Part shown: positions 20,721 through 29,809 of the stretch, one piece after another
How the letters are laid out: every line of letters begins with the position of its first letter
How positions within the stretch are numbered: position 1 is the first letter of the stretch
NCBI GenBank assembly: GCA_963752475.1
Contig: CAVVYR010000008.1
Span: 192,001 to 256,000, forward strand
Length of the DNA: 64,000 nucleotides
Origin: an uncultured Chloroflexia bacterium
GTDB taxonomy: Bacteria > Chloroflexota > Limnocylindria > Limnocylindrales > CSP1-4
Direction: 5' to 3'
Position numbers and translations under genes: made by a program
The notes under the pieces: model-generated
What the model saw: the letters and a program-made list of their open reading frames with translations, nothing else
Told to the model about the DNA's origin: nothing
The model's database searches: none

Positions 20721-21667
20721 CGGTCGGATACCTGCTCGACGCGGACGCGAGCCCGCCAGGCCTCAAGCTCGAAGTCGGGTGGCAGCTCGGGGGGCAGATG
20801 CGTGGCACCGGACGTGCCGCAGGCGACACCGAGCGCGATCGCGTCACGCGGGGCGAGCCCTTCCTCGATGCCCACGACCAGGCCGGCCAGGAAGAGATCC
20901 CCGGAGCCGGTCGGGTTGACCTCCTCGATCTGGGGCGCGACGGCATGCACGACGCCGTCGCCATCAGCCAGCAACGCACCCTCCGCGCCCATGGTCACGA
21001 CCACGACCTCGATCCCGTGCTCACGGATGCGCTGCATCTCGGCGCCCAGCTCGACGATACCCATCGGTGCGTCGGGATCGGCGGCACCCAACAGCTCCAG
21101 CAGCTCGCGGCGGTTGCACTTGAGCATCCATGGCCGGCTGGCGAAGGCCACGCGCAGGGCCTCGCTATGGATGTCGACGACCGTGCGCGATCCGGCTGTG
21201 CGGCCGATCTCGAGGATCTCGGCCACGACGCTGGCGGGCACGCTGTCGGGCAGGCTGCCAGAGATGACGAGCAGGTCGTCCTCGGCAGCGTCGGCCAGGA
21301 TGTCATCGAGGAGGCGGCCGATCTCGGCTTCTGTCACGGCCGGGCCGGGCTCGTTGAGCACGGTCGTCCGTTCGGCATCGGGCTCGACGATGACGAAGCA
21401 GACGCGGGTGCCGGCAGCGATGGTCGTATGGCGATCCTCGACCCCATCGGCGGCGATGAAACCGCGCAGCGACTCACCCACGTCGCCACCGAGGAACCCA
21501 TAGGCCGCGGCCGACGCTCCCAGGCGCAAGGCGGCCCGGGCCACGTTGAAGCCCTTGCCGCCGGGGACCACCGAGACCTGCACCGCCCGGTTGACCGCGC
21601 CCAGTCGGAGCGGCGGCCAGGTCGAGATGCGGTCCATGGCCGGGTTGGCGCCGACGACGCGAATCAT
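20717..21667 (-). CDS. 1-phosphofructokinase-family hexose kinase (PfkB)
   Basis: NPAMD, GGKGFNVA, NEPGP, SGSLP, TMGAEGA, NPTGSGD. Confidence 0.92.
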   Translation of the reverse strand: MIRVVGANPAMDRISTWPPLRLGAVNRAVQVSVVPGGKGFNVARAALRLGASAAAYGFLGGDVGESLRGFIAADGVEDRHTTIAAGTRVCFVIVEPDAERTTVLNEPGPAVTEAEIGRLLDDILADAAEDDLLVISGSLPDSVPASVVAEILEIGRTAGSRTVVDIHSEALRVAFASRPWMLKCNRRELLELLGAADPDAPMGIVELGAEMQRIREHGIEVVVVTMGAEGALLADGDGVVHAVAPQIEEVNPTGSGDLFLAGLVVGIEEGLAPRDAIALGVACGTSGATHLPPELPPDFELEAWRARVRVEQVSDR

Positions 21668-22095
21668 GGTCCGGGCTCCCAGTCGGGCTCGGCCAGCTCG
21701 AAGCCGGTGAAGTCGAAGCCCGGCGAAACGGTGCAGCCCACGAGCGTCCAGGCCCCGAGGGGCTCGGCCGTCTGCCAGTCTCCCGCGGGCACGACGAGCT
21801 GTGGTCGATGATCGGCACCCAGATCAGGCCCGAGGATGTGGCGCTCAGCAGGTGCATCGCCGGACCCCGACGCGATCGAGAGCGCAAGGGGGTCACCCGC
21901 GTAGTAGTGCCAGACCTCGGCCGCATCGACACGGTGCCAGTGGGAACGCTCACCGGCGCGCAGGAGGTAGTAGATGGCCGTGCCCGCTGGCCGCTCCCCT
22001 GCCCCTGCTTCGGCTCGCCAAGTCTCAGCGTAGTGCCCGCCCTCGGGGTGTGGTCGGAGCCCCAGCTCGGTGATGATCTCGTGGGGGTCTCGCAT
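21664..22095 (-). CDS. Cupin superfamily protein (DUF985/Cupin_5)
   Basis: LRPHPEGGHYAETWR, TAIYYLL, SHWHRVDAAEVWHYY, GCTVSPGFDF. Confidence 0.92.
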   Translation of the reverse strand: MRDPHEIITELGLRPHPEGGHYAETWRAEAGAGERPAGTAIYYLLRAGERSHWHRVDAAEVWHYYAGDPLALSIASGSGDAPAERHILGPDLGADHRPQLVVPAGDWQTAEPLGAWTLVGCTVSPGFDFTGFELAEPDWEPGP

Positions 22096-22147
22096 GGACC
22101 AAGCCTAGCCCGATGGGCTGGACACGGCGTGTAGTGTGAGTCGGCCC

Positions 22148-23455
22148 ATGACGAGTCCCCCCGCCAACGGACACACCGCCGGCCAGATCCAGCGTGTCTA
22201 CCTGCTGCTCACGCTGCTGACCACGCTGGCCGCCTCGTTCATCTGGGGCGTCAACACGCTCTTCCTGCTCGATGCCGGGCTCAGCAACACCGAGGCCTTC
22301 GCAGCCAACGCCTTCTTCAGCGTCGGCATGGTCATCTTCGAGGTCCCGACCGGCGTCATCGCCGACACCCGCGGCCGGCGCCTCTCGTTCATGCTCGGTG
22401 CCGGCACGCTGCTGCTCTCGACGCTGCTGTACCTCGTGATGTGGCAGGTCTCGGCGCCGTTCGTGGGCTGGGCGCTGGCCTCGATCCTGCTCGGCCTCGG
22501 CTTCACCTTCTTCAGCGGCGCGACGGAGGCCTGGCTGGTAGACGCGCTCGGCGCGACGGGCTTCAAGGGCAACCTCGAGACGGTCTTCGGCCGTGGCCAG
22601 ACGATCGCCGGTGTGGCCATGCTGAGCGGCTCGGTGCTCGGTGGCGTGGTGGCCCAGATGAGCAACCTCGGCGTGCCCTACGTGTTGCGCGCGATCTTGC
22701 TCGGCGTAGCGCTGCTGGCCGCGTTCTGGTTCATGCGCGACCTGGGCTTCAAGCCCAAGACCGACGTGAGCACGCGGGAAGCGCTGGGCGACATCACGCG
22801 CGGCTCCATCGACGGCGGGCTGCGCAATCGGCCCGTGCGCTGGATGATGCTGGCCGCGCCGTTCACCGGCGGCATCGGCATCTATGCGTTCTACGCCATG
22901 CAGCCCTACCTGCTCGAGCTCTACGGCGACCCTAACGCCTACTCCATCGCTGGCCTGGCTGCGGCCATCGTGGCCGGTGCCCAGATCGTGGGCGGCCTGT
23001 CGGTACCCATCGCGCGGCGCTTCTTCAACTTGCGCACGAACGCCATCTTCCTGGCGGTGGCGCTGGAGTCGATCATCCTCGTGGCCATCGCCGTCGTCGG
23101 CTTCAACATGGACGACATGGGCATGACCGCCTTCTACCTGGCCATCGCGCTGCTCGTGGCCTGGGCCCTGGTAGCCGCCATCGCGGGACCGATCCGCCAA
23201 GCCTTCCTCAACGGCGTCATCCCCTCCGAGCAGCGCGCGACGGTGCTCTCGTTCGACTCCCTGATGAGCTCGCTCGGCGGCGTCGTGGCGCAGCCTGCTC
23301 TGGGACGCGTGGCCGACATGTCCGGCTACGCGGCGTCGTACATGGTCTCCGGTGCGGTCAGCGCGCTGGCGCTGCCGTTCATCTTCATGGCCAAGCGCGA
23401 GGGGGCTCCGTCCGACCCCATCGACGTCCTGGAACCCACCTCCTCGGAGGGCTGA
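22148..23455 (+). CDS. MFS transporter
   Basis: EVPTGVIADTRGRR, FFSGATEAWLVD, QRATVLSFDS; 12 TM segments. Confidence 0.9.
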   Translation: MTSPPANGHTAGQIQRVYLLLTLLTTLAASFIWGVNTLFLLDAGLSNTEAFAANAFFSVGMVIFEVPTGVIADTRGRRLSFMLGAGTLLLSTLLYLVMWQVSAPFVGWALASILLGLGFTFFSGATEAWLVDALGATGFKGNLETVFGRGQTIAGVAMLSGSVLGGVVAQMSNLGVPYVLRAILLGVALLAAFWFMRDLGFKPKTDVSTREALGDITRGSIDGGLRNRPVRWMMLAAPFTGGIGIYAFYAMQPYLLELYGDPNAYSIAGLAAAIVAGAQIVGGLSVPIARRFFNLRTNAIFLAVALESIILVAIAVVGFNMDDMGMTAFYLAIALLVAWALVAAIAGPIRQAFLNGVIPSEQRATVLSFDSLMSSLGGVVAQPALGRVADMSGYAASYMVSGAVSALALPFIFMAKREGAPSDPIDVLEPTSSEG

Positions 23456-23467
23456 GCCCGCGGCCGG

Positions 23468-23833
23468 TCAGGGCGTGTTGGGATGCTTCTCGGCCGCTTC
23501 ACGAACGTAGGCGGTGACAAGCTCGGCGTCCACATCCTGGGCTCTCTGGTAGTCCGCCTGAGCGGCGGTGCTGGTGCCGACACGCAGGATTCCGGCGGGG
23601 TCATCCAGCTCCGTGCCGTAGAGGAAGCGCAGGTTGACCGTCGCCTTGGAGACACCGATAGCCACGACCCACTCGTGCCATCGCTGTGCGAACGTGTAGA
23701 CGAGCATCTTGTAGGTGAGCTTGCAGTCGAGGTCGATACCGGCAGCATCGATGGCGGCGGCGAGGGCACGGACGGTCCCGCGTGCATCCTCACGTACGGT
23801 CGGCAGATAGGCTTCGAGCAGGGTTTCAGCCAT
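23468..23833 (-). CDS. DUF1801 (YdhG-like) protein
   Basis: VNLRFLYGTELDDPAGIL motif; overlaps the upstream stop. Confidence 0.7.
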   Translation of the reverse strand: MAETLLEAYLPTVREDARGTVRALAAAIDAAGIDLDCKLTYKMLVYTFAQRWHEWVVAIGVSKATVNLRFLYGTELDDPAGILRVGTSTAAQADYQRAQDVDAELVTAYVREAAEKHPNTP

Positions 23834-24650
23834 CGGCCAGCACCGGGATGGCGGCACGCAGGATGGTGCGGTAGTCAGCGTGCGCTCGGTGGGTCATGTC
23901 CAGCACGGGACCAAGATCGATGGGCGGCCCGATACCGGCCGACATCGTCGAGACGAACGTGAAGGCCACGACCCTCATGCCCGCGTGGTAGCCGGCCATG
24001 ACCTCCGGCAGGAACGAGTTCGAGGAGATGGAGCAGCCGGCCATCTGCGCCAGGCGGATCTCGGCCGGTGTCTCGAAGCTGGGGCCGGTCCAGTAGCCGG
24101 CGACGCCGGTAGGAAGGCGCACGCCGGCAGCCTCGACCGCGGCGACCACACGGCTCGTTAGCCTTGCTTCGTAGAGTTCGGCCATCGAGACGTAGGGCGT
24201 GTCCCATCCCTGGCCGTAGCGCTCGACCGACAGCGGGTTGAAGCCACTGAAGTTGATGTGGTCGGTGAAGGCCAGGAACGAGCCCGGGGTCACGTCCTCC
24301 CGCATCGAGCCGGAGTTGGCCGAGTAGAGCAGCGTGCGACAGCCGGCACGGGCCAGCGCGCGCGCGGGCAGGCCGCTCTCCTGCCAGGTGGCGTCGTCGC
24401 AGGGCAGGACCTTGGCCTTGACAGCGGCGACGGTCACACCGTCCAGCTCGCCGACATCGACCTCGTTGACGTGGTCGGGGATTGCGCTGGGGCGGAAGCC
24501 CAGATCCGCGAAGGGGATCGTCACGCGACCCTCGAGGATGTCGGTGCAGGGGGCGAAGCCGGTGCCGCAGATGACGCCGACCGCCGGTGCACGTCCAGCA
24601 CGCTCGCAGATGGTGGCGGCTGCCTCGTCGGCAGCGGCTCGAGTGTCCAT
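23826..24650 (-). CDS. Divergent trimeric-type purine nucleoside phosphorylase homologue
   Basis: VICGTG, DHINFSGFNPL, GPSFETPAEIR; several active-site motifs are altered. Confidence 0.8.
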   Translation of the reverse strand: MDTRAAADEAAATICERAGRAPAVGVICGTGFAPCTDILEGRVTIPFADLGFRPSAIPDHVNEVDVGELDGVTVAAVKAKVLPCDDATWQESGLPARALARAGCRTLLYSANSGSMREDVTPGSFLAFTDHINFSGFNPLSVERYGQGWDTPYVSMAELYEARLTSRVVAAVEAAGVRLPTGVAGYWTGPSFETPAEIRLAQMAGCSISSNSFLPEVMAGYHAGMRVVAFTFVSTMSAGIGPPIDLGPVLDMTHRAHADYRTILRAAIPVLADG

Positions 24651-24749
24651 GGCTTCAGCATAGGGCCCGCGAGGCCCACCCGATCACCTTGCCGCTGCAC
24701 CTGCCGCGAACGTAGACTCGGAGTGGCTACGCGTGTACGGAGGTTCGTC

Positions 24750-26378
24750 GTGAAAAGGTTGCTCTCTTCCCTGCTGCTCAGCATCGTGCTGGCGGCCGCC
24801 ATACTCCCATCGGTCGTCGTGTCGGCGGAGGGCGTCGAGCCACAGCACGGCGGACGCCTGGAGCTCGTGGCTGCCAACGACCTCATCACGCTCGACAACA
24901 GCCAGGTGCTGGATCTCGACTACAACATGGTCGCGGGCGCGCTGTACGAGGGCTTGTATCACTTCAACCCCGAGGGTGAGCTCGAAGCCGCCTTGGCCGA
25001 CGGGATGCCGGAGGTCTCCGAGGATGGCCTCGTATACACCTTCAAGCTCAAGCCCGGTGCGATGTTCGCTGGCCCGGACTTCGAACCGCGCGAGGTGACC
25101 GCAGCCGATGTGGCCTACGGCATGGAGCGCGCACTGAGCCCTGCCCCAGTGGGGGCGCCCGCCCCGTCGTGGGGTAGTGGCTACCTCTTCCCCATCAAGG
25201 GCGCGGCGGCGTTCAACGCCGGCGAGGCCGACTCGGTCGAGGGCCTCAAGGTCATCGACGATCGAACCCTCGAGGTCACGCTCGAGGCGCCCACGACCAC
25301 GTTCCTGCTGGGCCTGACCATCGCCACCAGCTGGCCTGTGCCGCGGGAGGCGGTGGCAGAGCGCGGCGAGGACTTCGGCAACAGCCCTGTCGGCGCCGGG
25401 CCCTTCTACGTGGCCGAGTGGAACAAGGGCTCGGACATCACCATCGTGCGCAACCCCGGCTACGTCGATCCGGAGCTGCCGTACCTCGATGAGATCTTCG
25501 TCGACCTGGGCGTGGACGAAAACACACAGAAGCTGCGTCTCGAGACGGGCGAGACCGACGGCGTCTTCGACCAGTTCGCGCTCTCGCCACAGTCGCTGCG
25601 TGAGCTCGAGGATGCACCCGGCGTGACGCTCGTCGACTCCGTCGGCCCGCGCATCTTCTACCTCGCGCTCAACAACGACGGCATCTTCGCGGACAAGGAT
25701 CTGCGGCAGGCCGTGGCCCACGCCATGACCACCGACTTCACCGTCCGCTTCGGTGGCCTGGCCAAGCCCTGGAACCAGCTCATCAGCTCCACCTCGGTGC
25801 AGTCCGATCCGGAGGGGACCGTTACCTATGCTCACGATCCGGAGGCTGCGGCGGCGCTGCTGGAGTCGGTGGGCTACGACGGCAGCCCGGTCAAGGTGGT
25901 CTACGACGTCACCGATCCGTACACCACGCAGAACGCCACGGCCCTGACCCAGGACCTGGAGGCTGTCGGGTTCACGGTCGAGCTCATCGGCTTGCAGAAG
26001 GGCGAGTTCTACAACGCCATCTACGACCCCGCAGCCTTCGACATCTCGTCGACGTACTGGAGCGCGGACTATCCCGACGCGCAAGACTTCATCTCGACGA
26101 ACTTCATCTGCGACACGATCGACGTGCTCAACATCTCGCGCTTCTGCGACGAGGCCATCGACGAGGCCTTCTTCGCCACCGAATCGATGGAGTTCGGCCC
26201 TGAGCGTGATGCGGCACTCCTCGACGTCCAGCAGCGGCTCATCGACGAGCTGGCCGGCATCCCGGTGATGGAGGTCACGCCCAAGTCCGTCTTCACCGAG
26301 CGCGTCGGAGACATCCCCACCATCGCCACTTACGCGCCCTTCTTCTGGGCCGAGGCCTGGGTGAAGGCAGACGCCTGA
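24750..26378 (+). CDS. Peptide/nickel-type ABC substrate-binding protein (family 5)
   Basis: Signal peptide, LYEGL, SEDGLVYTFKLK, PVGAGPF, WSADYPD; GGAGG RBS before GTG 24750. Confidence 0.92.
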   Translation: MKRLLSSLLLSIVLAAAILPSVVVSAEGVEPQHGGRLELVAANDLITLDNSQVLDLDYNMVAGALYEGLYHFNPEGELEAALADGMPEVSEDGLVYTFKLKPGAMFAGPDFEPREVTAADVAYGMERALSPAPVGAPAPSWGSGYLFPIKGAAAFNAGEADSVEGLKVIDDRTLEVTLEAPTTTFLLGLTIATSWPVPREAVAERGEDFGNSPVGAGPFYVAEWNKGSDITIVRNPGYVDPELPYLDEIFVDLGVDENTQKLRLETGETDGVFDQFALSPQSLRELEDAPGVTLVDSVGPRIFYLALNNDGIFADKDLRQAVAHAMTTDFTVRFGGLAKPWNQLISSTSVQSDPEGTVTYAHDPEAAAALLESVGYDGSPVKVVYDVTDPYTTQNATALTQDLEAVGFTVELIGLQKGEFYNAIYDPAAFDISSTYWSADYPDAQDFISTNFICDTIDVLNISRFCDEAIDEAFFATESMEFGPERDAALLDVQQRLIDELAGIPVMEVTPKSVFTERVGDIPTIATYAPFFWAEAWVKADA

Positions 26379-26391
26379 TCCTCAAGGGTCC

Positions 26392-27372
26392 GTGACCACG
26401 GCCCTACCGATGACAGCGCCTCTGCTGGCCGTCGAGGGCCTGTGGGTCACGTCGGCGGCCGGCGACATCCTGCGGGGGGTCGACCTGTCCGTGCCCCGAG
26501 GCAGCGTGGTGGGCGTGGTGGGCGAGTCCGGCTGCGGCAAGTCCACGCTCGGTCTGGCGGTGCTCGGGCTGCTGGGGCGTACGCGGGAGATCAGTGGCGG
26601 CGAGATCCGGCTCGATGGCGAGCGCATCGGCGCGCCCGGTTTCGATGGCACGGCCGGGCTGAGGGGTACGCGCGTCAGCTTCGTGCCCCAAGATCCGTTC
26701 CGCTCCTTCGACCCGCTGCGCCGTGTCGGTCCGCAGGTCCGGCGCCCGCTGGAGCTGCATCGCGGTCTGTCCGCCGGCGAAGCCGACCTTCGAGTCACAG
26801 ATCTGCTGTCCCGCCTGGGCGTGGCGGAGCCCGAAGGCGTCATGGGCCGCTACCCGCACGAGCTCTCGGGCGGGCTGCTGCAGCGAGCGACCATCGCCAC
26901 CGCCCTCTCTTGTGAGCCGGAGCTGGTCATCGCCGACGAGCCCACGACCGCGCTGGACGCCCTGGTGCAGGTCCAGGTCATCGATTCGTTCCTGCCGCTG
27001 GTGCGAGAGCTCGGTACGAGCGTCGTGGTCATCACCCACGACCTGCGGCTTCTGGAGCGCATGGCCGACCACATCGCGGCGATGTACGCCGGCCGGATGG
27101 TGGAGTTCGGACCGGCCGCACGGTTGCTGCGTGAGCCCCGGCACCCATATCCGGCTGCGCTCTTGGAGTCGTCCGTTCGGGCCGCCCGGCCCGGAGAGCG
27201 ACTGCAGGTCATCGAGGGTCAGCCGCCGACGCTGCCAGGGACGTTCTCCGCCTGCGCCTTCGCGCCCCGGTGTCCGGCGGCGCAGCAGCGCTGTCTCGAC
27301 GAGGAGCCGCGCTACGACTGGCCGGCCGACGAGGGCGTCGCCTGCCACTTCCCGTTGGAGCGCGGCTCGTGA
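26392..27372 (+). CDS. Peptide ABC ATP-binding protein (OppD/DppD-like)
   Basis: GESGCGKS, YPHELSGG, DEPTTALD, C-terminal CAFAPRC..C..CH. Confidence 0.93.
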   Translation: MTTALPMTAPLLAVEGLWVTSAAGDILRGVDLSVPRGSVVGVVGESGCGKSTLGLAVLGLLGRTREISGGEIRLDGERIGAPGFDGTAGLRGTRVSFVPQDPFRSFDPLRRVGPQVRRPLELHRGLSAGEADLRVTDLLSRLGVAEPEGVMGRYPHELSGGLLQRATIATALSCEPELVIADEPTTALDALVQVQVIDSFLPLVRELGTSVVVITHDLRLLERMADHIAAMYAGRMVEFGPAARLLREPRHPYPAALLESSVRAARPGERLQVIEGQPPTLPGTFSACAFAPRCPAAQQRCLDEEPRYDWPADEGVACHFPLERGS

Positions 27373-28235
27373 TCGGCCCGACGCCGATCCCGGCGCCCGC
27401 TGCGACACCCGCGGGCGAGCCCCGGCCGTGGGGCCTGTGGATCGGCGCGGGGATGCTGTTCGTGCTTGTGGCGCTGGTGGTCCTCTACCCGCTGCTCTCG
27501 CCGGTCGACCCGACGTACGAGTCGCTCGATGGTCTGACCGAATTCGGCGAACCCCTGCCCGTCGCCGCCGACGGCTATCCACTCGGTACCGACCCACGAG
27601 GACGGGACATGCTCGCGCGCACGATCCACGCCGGCGGCCTGACGATGCTGACCGCGCTCTCGGCCGTGGCCATCGCCACCCTCGCGGGTGTGGCCGTGGG
27701 ACTCCTGGCCGCCAACACGAAGCGCTTCGCGGGATCGGTCCTGATGCGCTTCACCGACCTCGGCCTGGCCATCCCCGGGCTGCTGCTCGCGGCATCGTTC
27801 TCGACCATCCTCGGCCGCGGCACGCTCTCGCTGATCGTCGGCCTCGCGGCCGTCTTCTGGGCACCCATCGCTCGTGTCACGTACGGGCAGGCGGTCGTGC
27901 TTCGGGAGCGGAACTACGTGGAGGCGGCACGTGTCATGGGCGGCGGGGCCAGCACGGTGCTGCTACGTCACATCCTGCCTCACCTGTTGCCCGTGGTCGG
28001 CGCCTATGCCGCGCTCTCGGTGGGCTGGGCGGTGCTCTTCGAGTCGGCGCTGGGGTTCCTCGGCGCGGGCGTGCAGGAGCCAGAGGCGTCGATCGGCTCG
28101 ATGCTTGAGGCGCATCGCAGCTACTACCGCAGCCACCCGGCGCTGATCATCATCCCCGCGGTCTTCCTGGCCGTGCTGGTGATGGCCGCCAACCTCGTGG
28201 GTGAGGCGTTGCGCACGCGGACCGAGGAACGCTGA
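27369..28235 (+). CDS. Peptide ABC permease (OppC/DppC-like)
   Basis: LGTDPRGRD, YVEAARVMG, RHILP, ESALGFLG. Confidence 0.92.
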   Translation: MIGPTPIPAPAATPAGEPRPWGLWIGAGMLFVLVALVVLYPLLSPVDPTYESLDGLTEFGEPLPVAADGYPLGTDPRGRDMLARTIHAGGLTMLTALSAVAIATLAGVAVGLLAANTKRFAGSVLMRFTDLGLAIPGLLLAASFSTILGRGTLSLIVGLAAVFWAPIARVTYGQAVVLRERNYVEAARVMGGGASTVLLRHILPHLLPVVGAYAALSVGWAVLFESALGFLGAGVQEPEASIGSMLEAHRSYYRSHPALIIIPAVFLAVLVMAANLVGEALRTRTEER

Positions 28236-29155
28236 TGGGCTGGTATATCGCGCGACGGCTGGCTGCGGCGCTGATCACGGTCTGGATCGTGGCCACAGCC
28301 GGATTCCTGCTCGTGGAACTCATCCCCGGCGACCCCGCCCGGCAGCTCGCCGGCCCTGGAGCGTCCGCCGAGACTCTGGCCAGCATCCGCGAGGCCTACG
28401 GATTCGACGATCCGCTGCCGGTGCGATACGTCGAGGCGATGGCGCGCATGGCGCAGGGCGACCTCGGCTACAGCTTCGCCAAGGCGGAGCCGGTGACCGA
28501 TGCGCTCCTGCGTTCGCTGCCGACGACGCTACTGCTGACCGGTCTGGCCTTCCTGGTGGAGGTGCTCATCGCCATCCCGCTCGCCCTCTGGGTCGTCAGC
28601 CGTGGCGGGTTCGTCGACCGCCTGCTGGTGATCCTGGCCGGCTTCACCGCGGCCATCCCGGCCTTCCTGGTGGGCCTGCTGCTGATCTACGTCTTCGCCT
28701 TCCGGCTGCGCATCTTCCCCCTCGGCGGCGGTGGCTCACCGGCGGCGTACATCCTGCCGGTGCTTACGCTGGGCATCCCCTTCGGGCTGGTGCTGGCGCG
28801 CTTGCTGCGCACGTCGCTCCTGGAGCAGCGCAGCCAGCCCTACGTCGCCTTCAGCGAGGCCATGGGTGAGTCGGCCTGGTCGGTGCGCTGGCGGCATTTG
28901 CTGCCCAACGCGTTGCTGCCGCTGCTGTCGATCCTGGCGCTGGACCTCGCGGGACTCTTCTCGAGCGTGGCCGTCGTCGAGGTGGCCTTCTCCATGCCGG
29001 GACTCGGGGCCGACCTGCTGCTCGGACTCAGGCGCCTCGATACGGCGCTCATCGTGGGCATCGGCATCATCGCCGGCCTGCTCGTGGCGTTCGTGAACCT
29101 GCTTGCGGACCTGGCCGTCATCGCCATCGACCCACGGGTACGACGGAGCACCTAG
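28235..29155 (+). CDS. Peptide ABC permease (OppB/DppB-like)
   Basis: IPGDPAR, GDLGYS, VEVAFSMPGLG, IDPRVR. Confidence 0.92.
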   Translation: MGWYIARRLAAALITVWIVATAGFLLVELIPGDPARQLAGPGASAETLASIREAYGFDDPLPVRYVEAMARMAQGDLGYSFAKAEPVTDALLRSLPTTLLLTGLAFLVEVLIAIPLALWVVSRGGFVDRLLVILAGFTAAIPAFLVGLLLIYVFAFRLRIFPLGGGGSPAAYILPVLTLGIPFGLVLARLLRTSLLEQRSQPYVAFSEAMGESAWSVRWRHLLPNALLPLLSILALDLAGLFSSVAVVEVAFSMPGLGADLLLGLRRLDTALIVGIGIIAGLLVAFVNLLADLAVIAIDPRVRRST

Positions 29156-29248
29156 CCGACCGGGCGACCAGGGCATCTCTGGTCGGCTGGGGCAGTCGGC
29201 CGCGCAGCGTCGCTTCTTTCGGCGCCCGGGGCGGCCCGGCCGGATCGT

Positions 29249-29407
29249 GTCGCCCCCATCGACGCCAGCAGCCGCTCGTGGCCGGTCGTCGCCCGTGGGG
29301 GCCGGCTGGATCGTGTCGTCCCCATCGACGCCAGCAGCCGCTCGTGGCCGGTCGTCGCCCCCATCGACGCCAGCACCCGCTCGTGGCCGGTCGTCGCCCC
29401 CATCGAC
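29249..29407. repeat. Tandem 39-bp repeat, about 4 copies with one 27-bp interruption
   Basis: GTCG(C/T)CCCCATCGAC cores at 29249, 29315, 29354 and 29393; unit GTCGCCCCCATCGACGCCAGCA(G/C)CCGCTCGTGGCCGGTC. Confidence 0.9.
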
Positions 29408-29620
29408 GCTATCGGCCCATCCGGCCGGTTCCGGTGGTCAACCGTCGTGGGAGTCGACCGTAGTCGCACACCACGACCAGCTCACGTCTCCGAGCCACTC
29501 GCATCCGGCGTCGCCTATGCCCTGCCACGCTCAGCGCTGGTAGCCGGTCGTCCCGCGGACCCCGGATCGGTGGCTACGAGGGTGACTACGGTCGACTCCG
29601 ACGACATCTGTCCACAGCGG
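29374..29620. repeat. Copy 1 of a ~245-bp structured dispersed element (REP/MITE-like)
   Basis: Ungapped similarity to 38937-39183; internal 24-bp inverted repeat 29444-29467 / 29582-29605 (22/24 match). Confidence 0.75.
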
Positions 29621-29651
29621 CACCGCGGGTAGGGTTCGCGAGGGAGGGCCT

Positions 29652-29809
29652 GGGCCGGTGCGCCCGGGCAGGTGCGTGTCACTGGGCGCCTGGGCAGGTG
29701 CGTTTCACTGGGCGCCTGGGCAGGTGCGTTTCACTGGGCGCCTGGGCCGGTGCGTTTCACTGGGCGCCCGGGCAGGTGCGCCTGGGCCGGTGCGTTTCAC
29801 TGGGCGCCT
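29652..29809. repeat. Tandem 26-bp repeat (5 full and two 14-bp half units) overlapping the ABC ATPase stop codon
   Basis: GGGC(A/C)GGTGCGT(T/G)TCACTGGGCGCC(T/C) at 29666, 29692, 29718, 29744 and 29784. Confidence 0.92.

Noticed and set aside
29249-29809. Possible CRISPR array
   Set aside because: Units are contiguous tandem repeats without unique spacers, and there are no cas genes
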